DNA of 64,000 nt, taken from the IMG/VR virus record IMGVR_UViG_3300042940_001591. One strand, written 5' to 3'. Of this stretch, positions 10,300 through 19,516 are shown in pieces. The stretch is from a virus (taxonomy: Duplodnaviria; Caudoviricetes). Numbering within the stretch: position 1 is the stretch's first letter; each line of letters opens with the position of its first letter. A program made the translations under genes and the position numbers. Below the pieces are notes generated by a model. That model did no database searches. It was not told the origin of the DNA and saw only the letters and a program-made list of their open reading frames with translations.

Positions 10300-11046
10300 T
10301 TATTGTGTTATAGATAATTTCTTATCTACAAGTGTTGTTTTTAGTTTTAATAATTTTTCAATATACCCATTTCGTCTAAGTAATTTAAAGGTTAAGTTTT
10401 CATAAGAATACTCTCCGCCGGATTCTAAACCACTTTGTCTAAATTCTTTTAACTTCTTCCTTAACCCCTCAATCGATTCAATAGGTCCTTCCTTCTTAAT
10501 GAGTAAATCGATTTTTTTCATGTATTCTTCGGATTTTTGAAGAATCATATTATCATCAATGTTGGATTTAACCTTATCTGGTTCAACAATCCATTTATCA
10601 TTTAAAATGGAATATACTCCTGAAGATACATGTTCTTCATCAATATCCTGAACATATAATTCAACATCATATCCTTTAATTGTGATATTATGCTTTTCAT
10701 TCCACACATTTTTCTTAGCATCAAAAAACTCCTTTAGTAAATCTAAATTGTAATCAGTCTCTTTAAAATCAATTAAAACATGTAAATCCACGTCAGAATA
10801 GTTTGACCAATTGTAGTTAGCTAAAGAACCTGTAAGAACTATGTCATGAATAAAAAACTCAATACCAAGACTTTCAATAAAGTCATTTGATATCTTTAAT
10901 AAATTTTTTCTGATATCATCTCGCATAGAGAACTCACCATCAGAACCTTCAAAAATTTGTTCCGATAGTGAATCCTTTGGTTTAAAGGACTTGATAATTT
11001 TTTTATCTTCGTCTTTATCCTCAATCAGTTCTTCAAATAAACTCAT
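10300..11046 (-). CDS. Nucleotidyltransferase, Pol-beta superfamily
   Basis: LTGSLANY...YSDVDLHV plus a third Asp in YDVELY. Confidence 0.8.
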   Translation of the reverse strand: MSLFEELIEDKDEDKKIIKSFKPKDSLSEQIFEGSDGEFSMRDDIRKNLLKISNDFIESLGIEFFIHDIVLTGSLANYNWSNYSDVDLHVLIDFKETDYNLDLLKEFFDAKKNVWNEKHNITIKGYDVELYVQDIDEEHVSSGVYSILNDKWIVEPDKVKSNIDDNMILQKSEEYMKKIDLLIKKEGPIESIEGLRKKLKEFRQSGLESGGEYSYENLTFKLLRRNGYIEKLLKLKTTLVDKKLSITQ

Positions 11047-11288
11047 CCTTTTTTTGTGTACTTATGACTTCTGGCGATATTCTCGTTGAAGTATTTTCCT
11101 TGTGATTCAGCAAGTCTAAACTTAGTGAACTTTGCCCAAGGAACTTTATTATACTCATAAATAGCACCATTATTAAAAGTGACAGTCAAATCCTCATTTT
11201 CTGTATTAAATGAAGCTGATTTTAAATTAGATGAATTGATAATAACGTCAATCATCTTTCCATTAATTGTTTCTGAAATTATTGCCAT
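11043..11288 (-). CDS. KTSC-domain protein
   Basis: SSNLKSASFN...LTVTFNNGAIYEY..VP...AESQGKYFNENI. Confidence 0.88.
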   Translation of the reverse strand: MAIISETINGKMIDVIINSSNLKSASFNTENEDLTVTFNNGAIYEYNKVPWAKFTKFRLAESQGKYFNENIARSHKYTKKG

Positions 11289-11361
11289 AATATAATTGAT
11301 TTAGTACTATAATATACACAATAAATATCAAAATAAAAACCCCCGATAACGGGGGTTAGAT

Positions 11362-11718
11362 TTAATTAAGTGAAATTAACCTTTCAAGTGATTTTTTCCT
11401 ATCAATAGGTAAAGTAAGTTCAAGAACTCCGTTTTCAACCTTACCGACAATGTCTTTTTCCTTTACATCGTCAGGTATATTATAAGATTTTACAAAACTT
11501 CCAATAAAATGATGTGTTTTATCACTTTCTTCTTTTTCGTAAATGATTTTTAATATACCTTCTTTTGTTGAGATTTTTAAATCGTCTTTGGTTAAACCAG
11601 GTACACTTATCGAAACCGAATACTCAGTTTCACTTTTACTAATGTTAGTTTCAGGAGTAGATAAAAATCTGTTAGTATCAAATCCTGTGAAGAATGGGTC
11701 TTTAAATAATGTTATCAT
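11362..11718 (-). CDS. Small heat-shock protein Hsp20
   Basis: Alpha-crystallin motifs VPGLTKDDLKI, FVKSYNIPDDV, KVENGVLELTLP; start moved to MITLFKDPFF at 11718. Confidence 0.92.
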   Translation of the reverse strand: MITLFKDPFFTGFDTNRFLSTPETNISKSETEYSVSISVPGLTKDDLKISTKEGILKIIYEKEESDKTHHFIGSFVKSYNIPDDVKEKDIVGKVENGVLELTLPIDRKKSLERLISLN

Positions 11719-11760
11719 AGTTTTTATATTTTTAACATATGTTTTACAAATTGTAAACCA

Positions 11761-11818
11761 AATGTCTAAAACTGACATTTAGACATTGGTTAGACATTTT
11801 TTTAGACATTTTGACATT
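11761..11818. promoter_or_regulatory. GACATT repeat array in the divergent hsp20/clpC promoter
   Basis: GACATT at 11774, 11782, 11793, 11805 and 11813; inverted copy at 11761; TATGTTTG -7 box at 11845-11852. Confidence 0.7.
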
Positions 11819-11874
11819 TATTTTTTTTTTAGAATTAAATGTGTTATGTTTGTACCAACAAAACTTAATAACAC

Positions 11875-13893
11875 ATGGCAGTAGATTTCTTTGAGGACGG
11901 ACCAACCTCAACCCCTAAAAAGGGACGCAAAGGTTCAACCACACCAATTTTAGATAACTTCTCAAGAGATTTAATTAAACTCGCAGAAGAAGGTAAAATT
12001 GATCCCGTTGTTGGTAGGGATAAAGAAGTGAAAAGAATAGCTCAAATTCTTTCACGTAAAAAGAAAAATAATGCGGTTATTGTTGGTGATGCCGGTGTTG
12101 GTAAGTCCGCACTTGTTGAAAAACTTGCTTTAATGATTGTTAAAGGAGATTGTCCAACAAATTTATTAGATAAGCGAATTATGTCTTTAGATTTAACTTC
12201 ACTTGTTGCTGGTACAAAATATCGTGGACAATTTGAAGAACGTATTAAAGCAATTTTAAACGAATTACAAGAATCACCAAATGTAATCGTGTTTATTGAT
12301 GAATTACACACAATGGTGGGTGCAGGTAATGCGAGTGGTGCGATGGATGCTGCAAATATTATGAAACCGGCTTTGGCTCGTGGTGAAATTCAATGTATTG
12401 GTGCAACTACTTTTGATGAATTTAAAAAACACATCGAAAAAGATTCCGCATTAGTTAGAAGATTTCAGAAGGTAATTTTGAAAGAACCTACGATGGCAGA
12501 AACAGTTGAGATTCTTAAAAATTTAAAAGAGTCATATGAAACATTTCATAGGGTATCTTATGAGGAAAATGTAATAGAAACAATTGTTAAACTTTCTGGT
12601 AGATACATTACAGATAGACAATTTCCTGATAAGGCGATTGATGTAATAGACGAATTAGGTTCAGAAAAAAGAGTATCGAGTAGAGTACCCGAATCAATTG
12701 AAAAATTAAAAAAATTGATTGATGAGATAAAAGAAAGAAAAATACAAGTTGTTAAATCTCAAAATTATGAACAAGCGGCAAAATTAAGAGATGAAGAAAA
12801 GAAAATTTTTGATAAACTTGAAAACGAAAAGGTAAAATGGTCAGAAAAACAAAAGGGGAATAAAATTCCTGTGTCCGTTGATGATGTTTATACCATAGTT
12901 TCCGAAATGACTGGTGTACCAATTACTAAACTTGATAGTAAGGAAACAGAAAAACTGTTAAAAATGGAAACCTTATTGACTGATAAAGTAATTGGACAAG
13001 AAGAAGCAATTACAACAATATCAAAAGCAATTAGAAGGAATCGTGTTGGAATCAAAGATGCAAATAAACCTATAGGTTCATTTATCTTTTTAGGATCTAC
13101 GGGTGTTGGTAAAACACATTTAGCGAAATCATTAGCCAATCTTTTATTTGGTGACCCTGAAAAAATCATTCGTGTTGATATGAGTGAGTTTATGGATAGA
13201 CACAATGTTTCTAAATTAATCGGTTCTCCTCCGGGTTACGTTGGATACGATGAAGGTGGTCAATTAACTGAAAAGGTTAAAAACAACCCATTCTCTGTTA
13301 TTTTATTTGATGAGATTGAAAAAGCACATAAAGACGTTTTTAATCTATTATTACAAATTTTAGATGAAGGACATTTAACAGATTCATTTGGTCGAAAAAT
13401 AAACTTCACAAATTGTTTGGTTATCATGACATCCAATTTAGGAGCTAAAAGAGTTTCTGAATTTGGTGGAGGTGTTGGTTTTAATACATCATCGAGCGAA
13501 ACTCAAAAGTATGAGGTAAGAAAATCAATGATACAAAAGGCATTAAAACAACAATTCAATCCTGAATTTTTAAATCGTATTGATGACGTAATATTATTCA
13601 ATGCACTTAACGAAGAAACTCTTAAGAAAATAATTCAAATAGAGGTTGGTAAATTAAACAGTAGATTGTTAGATAAAAATTTCTTAGTAACTTTTGATAA
13701 AACCGTTACAAATAGAATTTTTGAATTAAACAGTCAAGAAGAATATGGTGCTCGTCCTTTAAAACGAATCATTCAAAATCTTTGTGAAGATTTTTTAAGT
13801 GAAGAAATACTAAGAGGAAATATAAAGGAAAACGAACCAATAACTCTTAAATATAAAGATGAAAAATTAACAATTTCAAAAAAATTGTTATAA
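11875..13893 (+). CDS. clpC: ClpC-like AAA+ unfoldase lacking the N-domain
   Basis: Two AAA modules (GDAGVGKS/FIDELH; GSTGVGKT/LFDEIEK), UVR-type middle domain (YEQAAKLRDEEK), VGF ClpP-docking loop. Confidence 0.92.
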   Translation: MAVDFFEDGPTSTPKKGRKGSTTPILDNFSRDLIKLAEEGKIDPVVGRDKEVKRIAQILSRKKKNNAVIVGDAGVGKSALVEKLALMIVKGDCPTNLLDKRIMSLDLTSLVAGTKYRGQFEERIKAILNELQESPNVIVFIDELHTMVGAGNASGAMDAANIMKPALARGEIQCIGATTFDEFKKHIEKDSALVRRFQKVILKEPTMAETVEILKNLKESYETFHRVSYEENVIETIVKLSGRYITDRQFPDKAIDVIDELGSEKRVSSRVPESIEKLKKLIDEIKERKIQVVKSQNYEQAAKLRDEEKKIFDKLENEKVKWSEKQKGNKIPVSVDDVYTIVSEMTGVPITKLDSKETEKLLKMETLLTDKVIGQEEAITTISKAIRRNRVGIKDANKPIGSFIFLGSTGVGKTHLAKSLANLLFGDPEKIIRVDMSEFMDRHNVSKLIGSPPGYVGYDEGGQLTEKVKNNPFSVILFDEIEKAHKDVFNLLLQILDEGHLTDSFGRKINFTNCLVIMTSNLGAKRVSEFGGGVGFNTSSSETQKYEVRKSMIQKALKQQFNPEFLNRIDDVILFNALNEETLKKIIQIEVGKLNSRLLDKNFLVTFDKTVTNRIFELNSQEEYGARPLKRIIQNLCEDFLSEEILRGNIKENEPITLKYKDEKLTISKKLL

Positions 13894-13929
13894 ATAGTTG
13901 ACTTTTTATTAAAGTTATATATATTTATA

Positions 13930-14037
13930 TTCTTGGAGGTTCTCTTTGTCGATTACCTTTTCGTTTTATTTTCATAAGTAAGTGGGGTTGAACCCACCCA
14001 AAGACCTTAAACCCCGACATCTCGTTGGGGTTTTTTA
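13930..14037 (+). ncRNA. Putative small structured RNA (element A)
   Basis: TTGACT (13898) and TATTTATA (13922-13929) upstream; 13937-13948 pairs with 13999-14007; inner GTGGG/CCCAC hairpin; terminator 14009-14036; no ORF. Confidence 0.5.
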
Positions 14038-14081
14038 TTAAAATTTGGTTTTATCAACGGATTTTCGTATATTTACATTAT

Positions 14082-14261
14082 ATGAAAAAATATACATTTA
14101 TCTTAGCACTTGGTGTAGCACTTACACTAACTGCATGTGGTTCAGGGTCAACCGCAACTGAAACAACTGACTCAACTGCGGTTCAAGTAGACACTGCCGC
14201 AGTATCTGCGACAGATTCAACAACTGCACAAATTCCTGCAGACGGTTCATCCGTAAAATAA
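14082..14261 (+). CDS. Small Ser/Thr/Ala-rich lipoprotein
   Basis: MKKYTFILALGVALTLTAC lipobox; start moved to 14082. Confidence 0.8.
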   Translation: MKKYTFILALGVALTLTACGSGSTATETTDSTAVQVDTAAVSATDSTTAQIPADGSSVK

Positions 14262-14316
14262 AAATTGGGGTCGGTAACCAATCCGACCTTATTTTTAATT
14301 TTTAAATCTCTCTCCA

Positions 14317-14745
14317 ATGGATACAAATACAGAAAAACAAGGCGATTTAATACTTCTCAGAGGTATTCCTGGTTCGGGTAAAACAACATTTGCCAATGTT
14401 ATATTACAACAACCAAATAACAACCCACAAGAAATATTGTCTGCAGATGATTTTTTTGAGGATGAAAATGGTGAATATAATTTCGACCCAACAAAATTAA
14501 AAGAAGCACACAATTATTGTCAATTTAGATGTTCCGAAAGAATGAGACAACAAAAAGTGAGAATTGTGGTTGCAAATACATTTACACAGGAGTGGGAAAT
14601 GGATGAATATTTTAAAATGGCTGAAAGGTACAATTATAGGGTTCATACAATAATTGTAGAGAATAGGCATGGTAATGAAAATATCCACGGAGTCCCAAAA
14701 GATAAACTTCAACAAATGAAGAATAGGTTTGAAATTAAATTATAG
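14317..14745 (+). CDS. P-loop polynucleotide-kinase-like protein (AAA_33 type)
   Basis: LRGIPGSGKTT, LSADDFF, VVANTF. Confidence 0.85.
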   Translation: MDTNTEKQGDLILLRGIPGSGKTTFANVILQQPNNNPQEILSADDFFEDENGEYNFDPTKLKEAHNYCQFRCSERMRQQKVRIVVANTFTQEWEMDEYFKMAERYNYRVHTIIVENRHGNENIHGVPKDKLQQMKNRFEIKL

Positions 14746-14991
14746 ATGAGTCAATTTATTGAATCTTATTTTAAAATAATCTCACAAAAAAAAACAAAAA
14801 TGAAATTTAGTTCACACTTATTTAAAAATCAATGGGCTGTATACCCATTACCTTTTGCATATATCTATTTTGAAACATGTGAACCAGAATCACATAAAAC
14901 ATTACTTGAAAATAAAATATGTGCGGTGTACTTGTCTTTTAATTGGTTAAAATGGACTTACAATGTTGGATTTTATAAACCTATTAGATAA
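14746..14991 (+). CDS. Hypothetical protein
   Basis: 81-aa ORF tightly packed in the operon. Confidence 0.55.
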   Translation: MSQFIESYFKIISQKKTKMKFSSHLFKNQWAVYPLPFAYIYFETCEPESHKTLLENKICAVYLSFNWLKWTYNVGFYKPIR

Positions 14992-16199
14992 TGTTGGAAA
15001 TTTTACAGAAATACCATACTGATGGTTTGTTACATAAACAAACTCACCCAACTCTTGATTTAACTATTTGGAATTATTCACCAAAAGTTCAGTATGAAAG
15101 ATTATGGGATGAGATTACTTTGCAATGTCGTGGATTGGTAACCAACTCAAAAGGAAAAATTGTTGCAAGACCGTTTAAGAAATTCTTCAACTACGAAGAA
15201 CATAAATCAGAAGACATCCCAAATGAAGATTATGTTGTCTATGAAAAAATGGATGGTTCTTTAGGTATTCTCTTTTATTACGAATACGAATTGAGTGATG
15301 AAAGGAGATACAACATATGGTTTAATAATAATTACGAAACGGGCATGGAAAGGTTTTTTGACCCGAACAACTTACCTGATTATGATAATTCATATTATGA
15401 ACCAACACCAAAGACTAAGGGTGAATGGATAATGGCAACTCGTGGGTCATTCACATCACCACAAGCAATTAAGGGAAAAGAAATTCTTGATAACAAATAT
15501 GATGTAAGTTCTTTAAGTAAAAAAAGAACCTATTTGTTTGAGATTATTTATCCCGAAAATCGTATCGTTGTTAATTATGGTAATGAAGAAAAGTTAGTTC
15601 TTCTTGGTGTTATAGATACCGATAGTGGTGAGGAGTTACCCAATAGTTCAATATTTTTTATGCAAGAACAAGGTTTTGAAGTTGTAACAACGTACAAAAC
15701 TTGGGGCGAAGGATATGACTTATTGAAAGAAGAAATATCTAAAGACAAGGAAGGTTATGTCATTCGTTTCAATAATGGTTTCCGTATGAAAATTAAAGGA
15801 GAAGAATATGTTAGACTTCACAAAATTTTAACCAACGTATCAAATAGAGATATATGGGAATATTTGAAAGATAATAAACCATTTGATGAACTACTTGAAA
15901 AAGTTCCGGACGAATTTAATCAATGGGTTAAAGAAACTGTTCGAGATTTAAGATATGCTTGTTTTCAACTAAGAGAACGTGCAGGTAAATTACATGATGG
16001 TTTTAGATATGGAAAATTTAATGACAGGGGCCCTGAGCCATCTAAAAAAGAATTTGCCGAATTTGTTATGAAACAACAAAAAGTTTTACATGCGATTATG
16101 TTCGCAATGTGGAATGGAAATAATGAAAAAGTCGATGACATAATTTGGAAAATAGTTAAACCAGAATATTCAAAACCATTTAAGAAAGATGAAAACTGA
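14991..16199 (+). CDS. RNA ligase 1, T4 Rnl1-like
   Basis: LQCRGLV, RPFKKFFN, EKMDGSLG adenylation motif, FEIIYPENRIVV, EGYVI, KIKGEEY. Confidence 0.92.
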   Translation: MLEILQKYHTDGLLHKQTHPTLDLTIWNYSPKVQYERLWDEITLQCRGLVTNSKGKIVARPFKKFFNYEEHKSEDIPNEDYVVYEKMDGSLGILFYYEYELSDERRYNIWFNNNYETGMERFFDPNNLPDYDNSYYEPTPKTKGEWIMATRGSFTSPQAIKGKEILDNKYDVSSLSKKRTYLFEIIYPENRIVVNYGNEEKLVLLGVIDTDSGEELPNSSIFFMQEQGFEVVTTYKTWGEGYDLLKEEISKDKEGYVIRFNNGFRMKIKGEEYVRLHKILTNVSNRDIWEYLKDNKPFDELLEKVPDEFNQWVKETVRDLRYACFQLRERAGKLHDGFRYGKFNDRGPEPSKKEFAEFVMKQQKVLHAIMFAMWNGNNEKVDDIIWKIVKPEYSKPFKKDEN

Positions 16200-16674
16200 G
16201 AAAAAAAGATTATACTTAGACGACGTTAGAACACCAATTGGAACTGATTGGGTTATTATAAGAAATTATGAACATTTTGTTTCTACCATTAGATTATATG
16301 GGTTAGAAAATTTTGATGTTATTTCGTTAGACCATGATTTAGGTGATGAGTCTATGATTGAGTACTATACAAATGTAAAAAATAATTATGTTTTAAATTA
16401 TGACAACATAGTTAATGAAAAAACAGGATATGATTGTTGTAAATTTTTAGTGGCTGAAAGTATGTCCAAAAAGATACCCCTTCCCCAAATTTATGTTCAT
16501 TCCGCAAATCCAATCGGTAGTGCTAATATGATGGGATATATTAATAATTATTTAATGAACTGTGGTTTACCCCAAACCTGTATTAGGGTTAAAATTGAAC
16601 ACACAATAGACGAGCCAATGATACTTTCTCCAGAAGCCAGAAAAGCAAAATGGGATAGAAGTAAGGAAAATTAA
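16189..16674 (+). CDS. Cyclic-phosphate-processing receiver-like domain protein
   Basis: LYLDDVRTP, ISLDHDLG, KTGYD, YVHSANPIG; adjacent to the RNA ligase. Confidence 0.78.
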   Translation: MKTEKKRLYLDDVRTPIGTDWVIIRNYEHFVSTIRLYGLENFDVISLDHDLGDESMIEYYTNVKNNYVLNYDNIVNEKTGYDCCKFLVAESMSKKIPLPQIYVHSANPIGSANMMGYINNYLMNCGLPQTCIRVKIEHTIDEPMILSPEARKAKWDRSKEN

Positions 16675-16725
16675 TTTTTATTTTAAAAAAAAATTATTTA
16701 TATTACACTAACCAAATATTAGACA

Positions 16726-17076
16726 ATGGCTTACACAAAAAAAACAAGAACACCATATAAAAAAATGTACATAAAGGGGAAATATGAAGATTTCACTGAT
16801 TTTTATGATATTAATAAAAAATCAATTTATGAAAATATTTTGGAGGTTTTTTATGGTTTCAAAGACAATAAAAAAAGAGTATTAACACTTTATATTCAAG
16901 CGATTATACAAGGTTTGGAATGGGATACCGAGTTTAAATTTAATAGAACTGACACAATTGTTTTAACAAGAGACGTATTACCGTATTTTGAAAGTATTGA
17001 GGATTATGAAAAATGTTCAGAAATAAAAAATTTATATGAAGTATTGACAAATAAAAAAGAATTGTCTATAATTTAA
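16726..17076 (+). CDS. Hypothetical protein
   Basis: 116-aa ORF. Confidence 0.65.
   Translation: MAYTKKTRTPYKKMYIKGKYEDFTDFYDINKKSIYENILEVFYGFKDNKKRVLTLYIQAIIQGLEWDTEFKFNRTDTIVLTRDVLPYFESIEDYEKCSEIKNLYEVLTNKKELSII
17044..17072 (+). promoter_or_regulatory. Perfect sigma70-type promoter
   Basis: TTGACA (17044-49), 17-nt spacer, TATAAT (17067-72). Confidence 0.6.
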
Positions 17077-17113
17077 TTGTATCAGGAGAGAGGTACATTT
17101 TCATTTTTGTCAC

Positions 17114-17148
17114 ATCCCCGTTGGTTTTAATCATCGGGGATTTTTTTT
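17114..17148 (+). terminator. Intrinsic terminator
   Basis: ATCCCCG...CGGGGAT followed by a T-run. Confidence 0.75.
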
Positions 17149-18604
17149 ATAGTACCATTCTTGACCCTATTAAGAAATTACTTAACCAAGGTGAACCTGG
17201 AGATGTGTTTCCACTCAATTTGTAGTTAAAACTAAACCCAAATCGTTTACTCAACTTGTAATCAAACGAACTACCTAATAAGAATCCCATATGTCGATTA
17301 ACGGTGGACGTTCCTGCAACAGTGTTCCAAGATAATGGTGCAAACATTGTAAATATTTGTGGAGACACCGTCAACTTTTTACTATATTGATATGGTTTAG
17401 TCCAAAAAGCGACTACCGATGACGACATGTTATAATCATAGTTATCTTTTTCATTTTTAAGAAATAAATTTATCAATCCTAAATTATAACCAAATACACC
17501 ATGCTTTGGTGTTGGTTTAATATATGTATAACCTAATAAATTCATGTAGTTCCCATTCAAATAAGCAAATGCGGTAGAATATGAGTGTATTGCTTTTAAT
17601 TTACCTTCTGAGAAATCCATCTTAGTGTATCCACCACTAACAATAAATGTTTTTAGGTCACTCATAATAACCGTATTTGCGGAATAACTTTTATCCCCCA
17701 TCAAGGATGATTTAGATACCCCAATAGTGGCCGATTGTAACCATCTACCGTCAGGTGATTCTATTGTTGATAAATCAGAAGATAATAACATAGGATTTGT
17801 TGCGACCGCCTTTTCTTTTTTCTTCTCTTCTTTTTTCTTTTCCTCTTCCTTCTTTTCTTCTTTAGATTCCTCTTTCTTTTCTTCTTTTTTCTCTTCCGAT
17901 TTAGATTCCTCTTTCTTTTCTTCGGATTTACTTTCAGATTTAGATTCTTCTTTTGATTCAGATTTACTTTCGGTTTTTGATTCTGACTTAGTCTCCGATT
18001 TAGTTTCGGTTTTTGTTTCTGTTTTAGTTTCAGAAGATGAGGATGATCCACCACTTGATGACGAACCACTTGATGAAGATGATGAACTTCCACTACTTGG
18101 TGGTGGAGGTGTTGATGAACTACTACTTGTTGGTGGTGGAGTAGTGGGTGGTGGTGTTGACGCGGCGGAACTTGCGGCAGCTGAACTTGCACTTGAACTA
18201 GCAGCAGAACTTGCCGATGATGATGCAGCACTACTTGCCGCACCACTTGCAGCAGAACTAGCGGCTGCAGATGCTGCCGATGCTGCAGCATTACTTGCGG
18301 TTTGTGCAGCCGCATTTGCTACCGTTTGTTGAACAATTGGATTATTAATTACAGGACAAGTTAATGCCTCATATGTTGCTTTAGTTGTAAATAACCAAGT
18401 CTGTACAACTCCCGTTTGTACTTCCATAGGAGAAAATGTTCTTACTTGATTGTAAAAAGACACAGTAGCATTACCATTTATGATGGTTGTTGTTGCTATC
18501 TTTTTTTCACCACTACATTTATCAATAAATGTTTGAGTGTACGTTTGTCCAAAAGATTTACCACAAAAAAACAATATTAGGAGAGAGATAATATATTTTT
18601 TCAT
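17147..18604 (-). CDS. Exported protein with a low-complexity linker and probable C-terminal beta-barrel
   Basis: Signal peptide; successive A/S, P/T, S/G and E/K/S tracts; aromatic-rich beta-strand C-terminus. Confidence 0.75.
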   Translation of the reverse strand: MKKYIISLLILFFCGKSFGQTYTQTFIDKCSGEKKIATTTIINGNATVSFYNQVRTFSPMEVQTGVVQTWLFTTKATYEALTCPVINNPIVQQTVANAAAQTASNAAASAASAAASSAASGAASSAASSSASSAASSSASSAAASSAASTPPPTTPPPTSSSSSTPPPPSSGSSSSSSSGSSSSGGSSSSSETKTETKTETKSETKSESKTESKSESKEESKSESKSEEKKEESKSEEKKEEKKEESKEEKKEEEKKKEEKKKEKAVATNPMLLSSDLSTIESPDGRWLQSATIGVSKSSLMGDKSYSANTVIMSDLKTFIVSGGYTKMDFSEGKLKAIHSYSTAFAYLNGNYMNLLGYTYIKPTPKHGVFGYNLGLINLFLKNEKDNYDYNMSSSVVAFWTKPYQYSKKLTVSPQIFTMFAPLSWNTVAGTSTVNRHMGFLLGSSFDYKLSKRFGFSFNYKLSGNTSPGSPWLSNFLIGSRMVL

Positions 18605-18605
18605 T

Positions 18606-19439
18606 TTAAAAATTGATACCTAAACCAAAGGTACCGTTACGAATTACCGGGTCATAGTCATACTTTATTGTTATATTTTTGAAATCGTGTAATATTCCAA
18701 CTTTAACAGTTGCGAATCTATCTTTATATTTTGGGAAAGTAATATATCCAATATCATCTTTACCTCTCCACTTCACATCTTCCGTCACACTACCAATCAT
18801 AAGGTGAATACCCGTTCTTTTAATCCTCTTACCAACACCAACATAGAAATTTCTTTGTTCTATCAAATCACTTACCATTGGAAAATCGACTTGTGTTATA
18901 TTACCATAAGGAAAGAATGTTGAATTATCTCTTTCAAATGTTGAGTTATATTCAGCAATAAAATATGCTTTAGTCCCTATTGTAAAAAATCCACCAATCT
19001 GATTACCACCTGTTTTCTGAATACCAAAGCTGACGATTGGTCTCTTACCTTTAATGGTGTCCAATTTTCCATTATCATAAACATACACTCTTGCAGGTTG
19101 TCTATAACCCCAATCGTTTAAGTAAAAGCCTGGGTTCCAAAAGTTCCAACCAAATGCAGGTGCTCCCCACATATCCCATCTATTCCATCCCCATCCAAAA
19201 TTATTCATTAACCATGGGTCTCTTACAATTATGTTTGAACCTGGTCTTGTTCTTAGAGGTCTATCATATCCATTTGATGGTGGTTGATTTCTCCAATTAC
19301 TAACATCATTTCTTTGTGGAGTTGGTGGTTGTATTGATGGTGTTGACCTTTGAGGTGTAGGTGGATTACTTCTCCATGATGAGACTTGTCCTAACACGAT
19401 AGTTGGGATAAGTAATAATAATATTAATAACGTTTTCAT
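18606..19439 (-). CDS. Exported, probable outer-membrane beta-barrel protein
   Basis: Signal peptide, Pro/Trp-rich N-terminus, terminal TFGLGINF. Confidence 0.7.
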   Translation of the reverse strand: MKTLLILLLLIPTIVLGQVSSWRSNPPTPQRSTPSIQPPTPQRNDVSNWRNQPPSNGYDRPLRTRPGSNIIVRDPWLMNNFGWGWNRWDMWGAPAFGWNFWNPGFYLNDWGYRQPARVYVYDNGKLDTIKGKRPIVSFGIQKTGGNQIGGFFTIGTKAYFIAEYNSTFERDNSTFFPYGNITQVDFPMVSDLIEQRNFYVGVGKRIKRTGIHLMIGSVTEDVKWRGKDDIGYITFPKYKDRFATVKVGILHDFKNITIKYDYDPVIRNGTFGLGINF

Positions 19440-19516
19440 ATGGTTATTCTTTTATTATAAATATAAAAAAAGGAGGTTATTACACCTCCTTTTAAATAAT
19501 TCTTAATGTAATTAAA

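Noticed and set aside
10300-11046. Calling the nucleotidyltransferase a CCA-adding enzyme
   Set aside because: No RRDFTIN-type class II motif or HD domain; only the generic Pol-beta signature is visible
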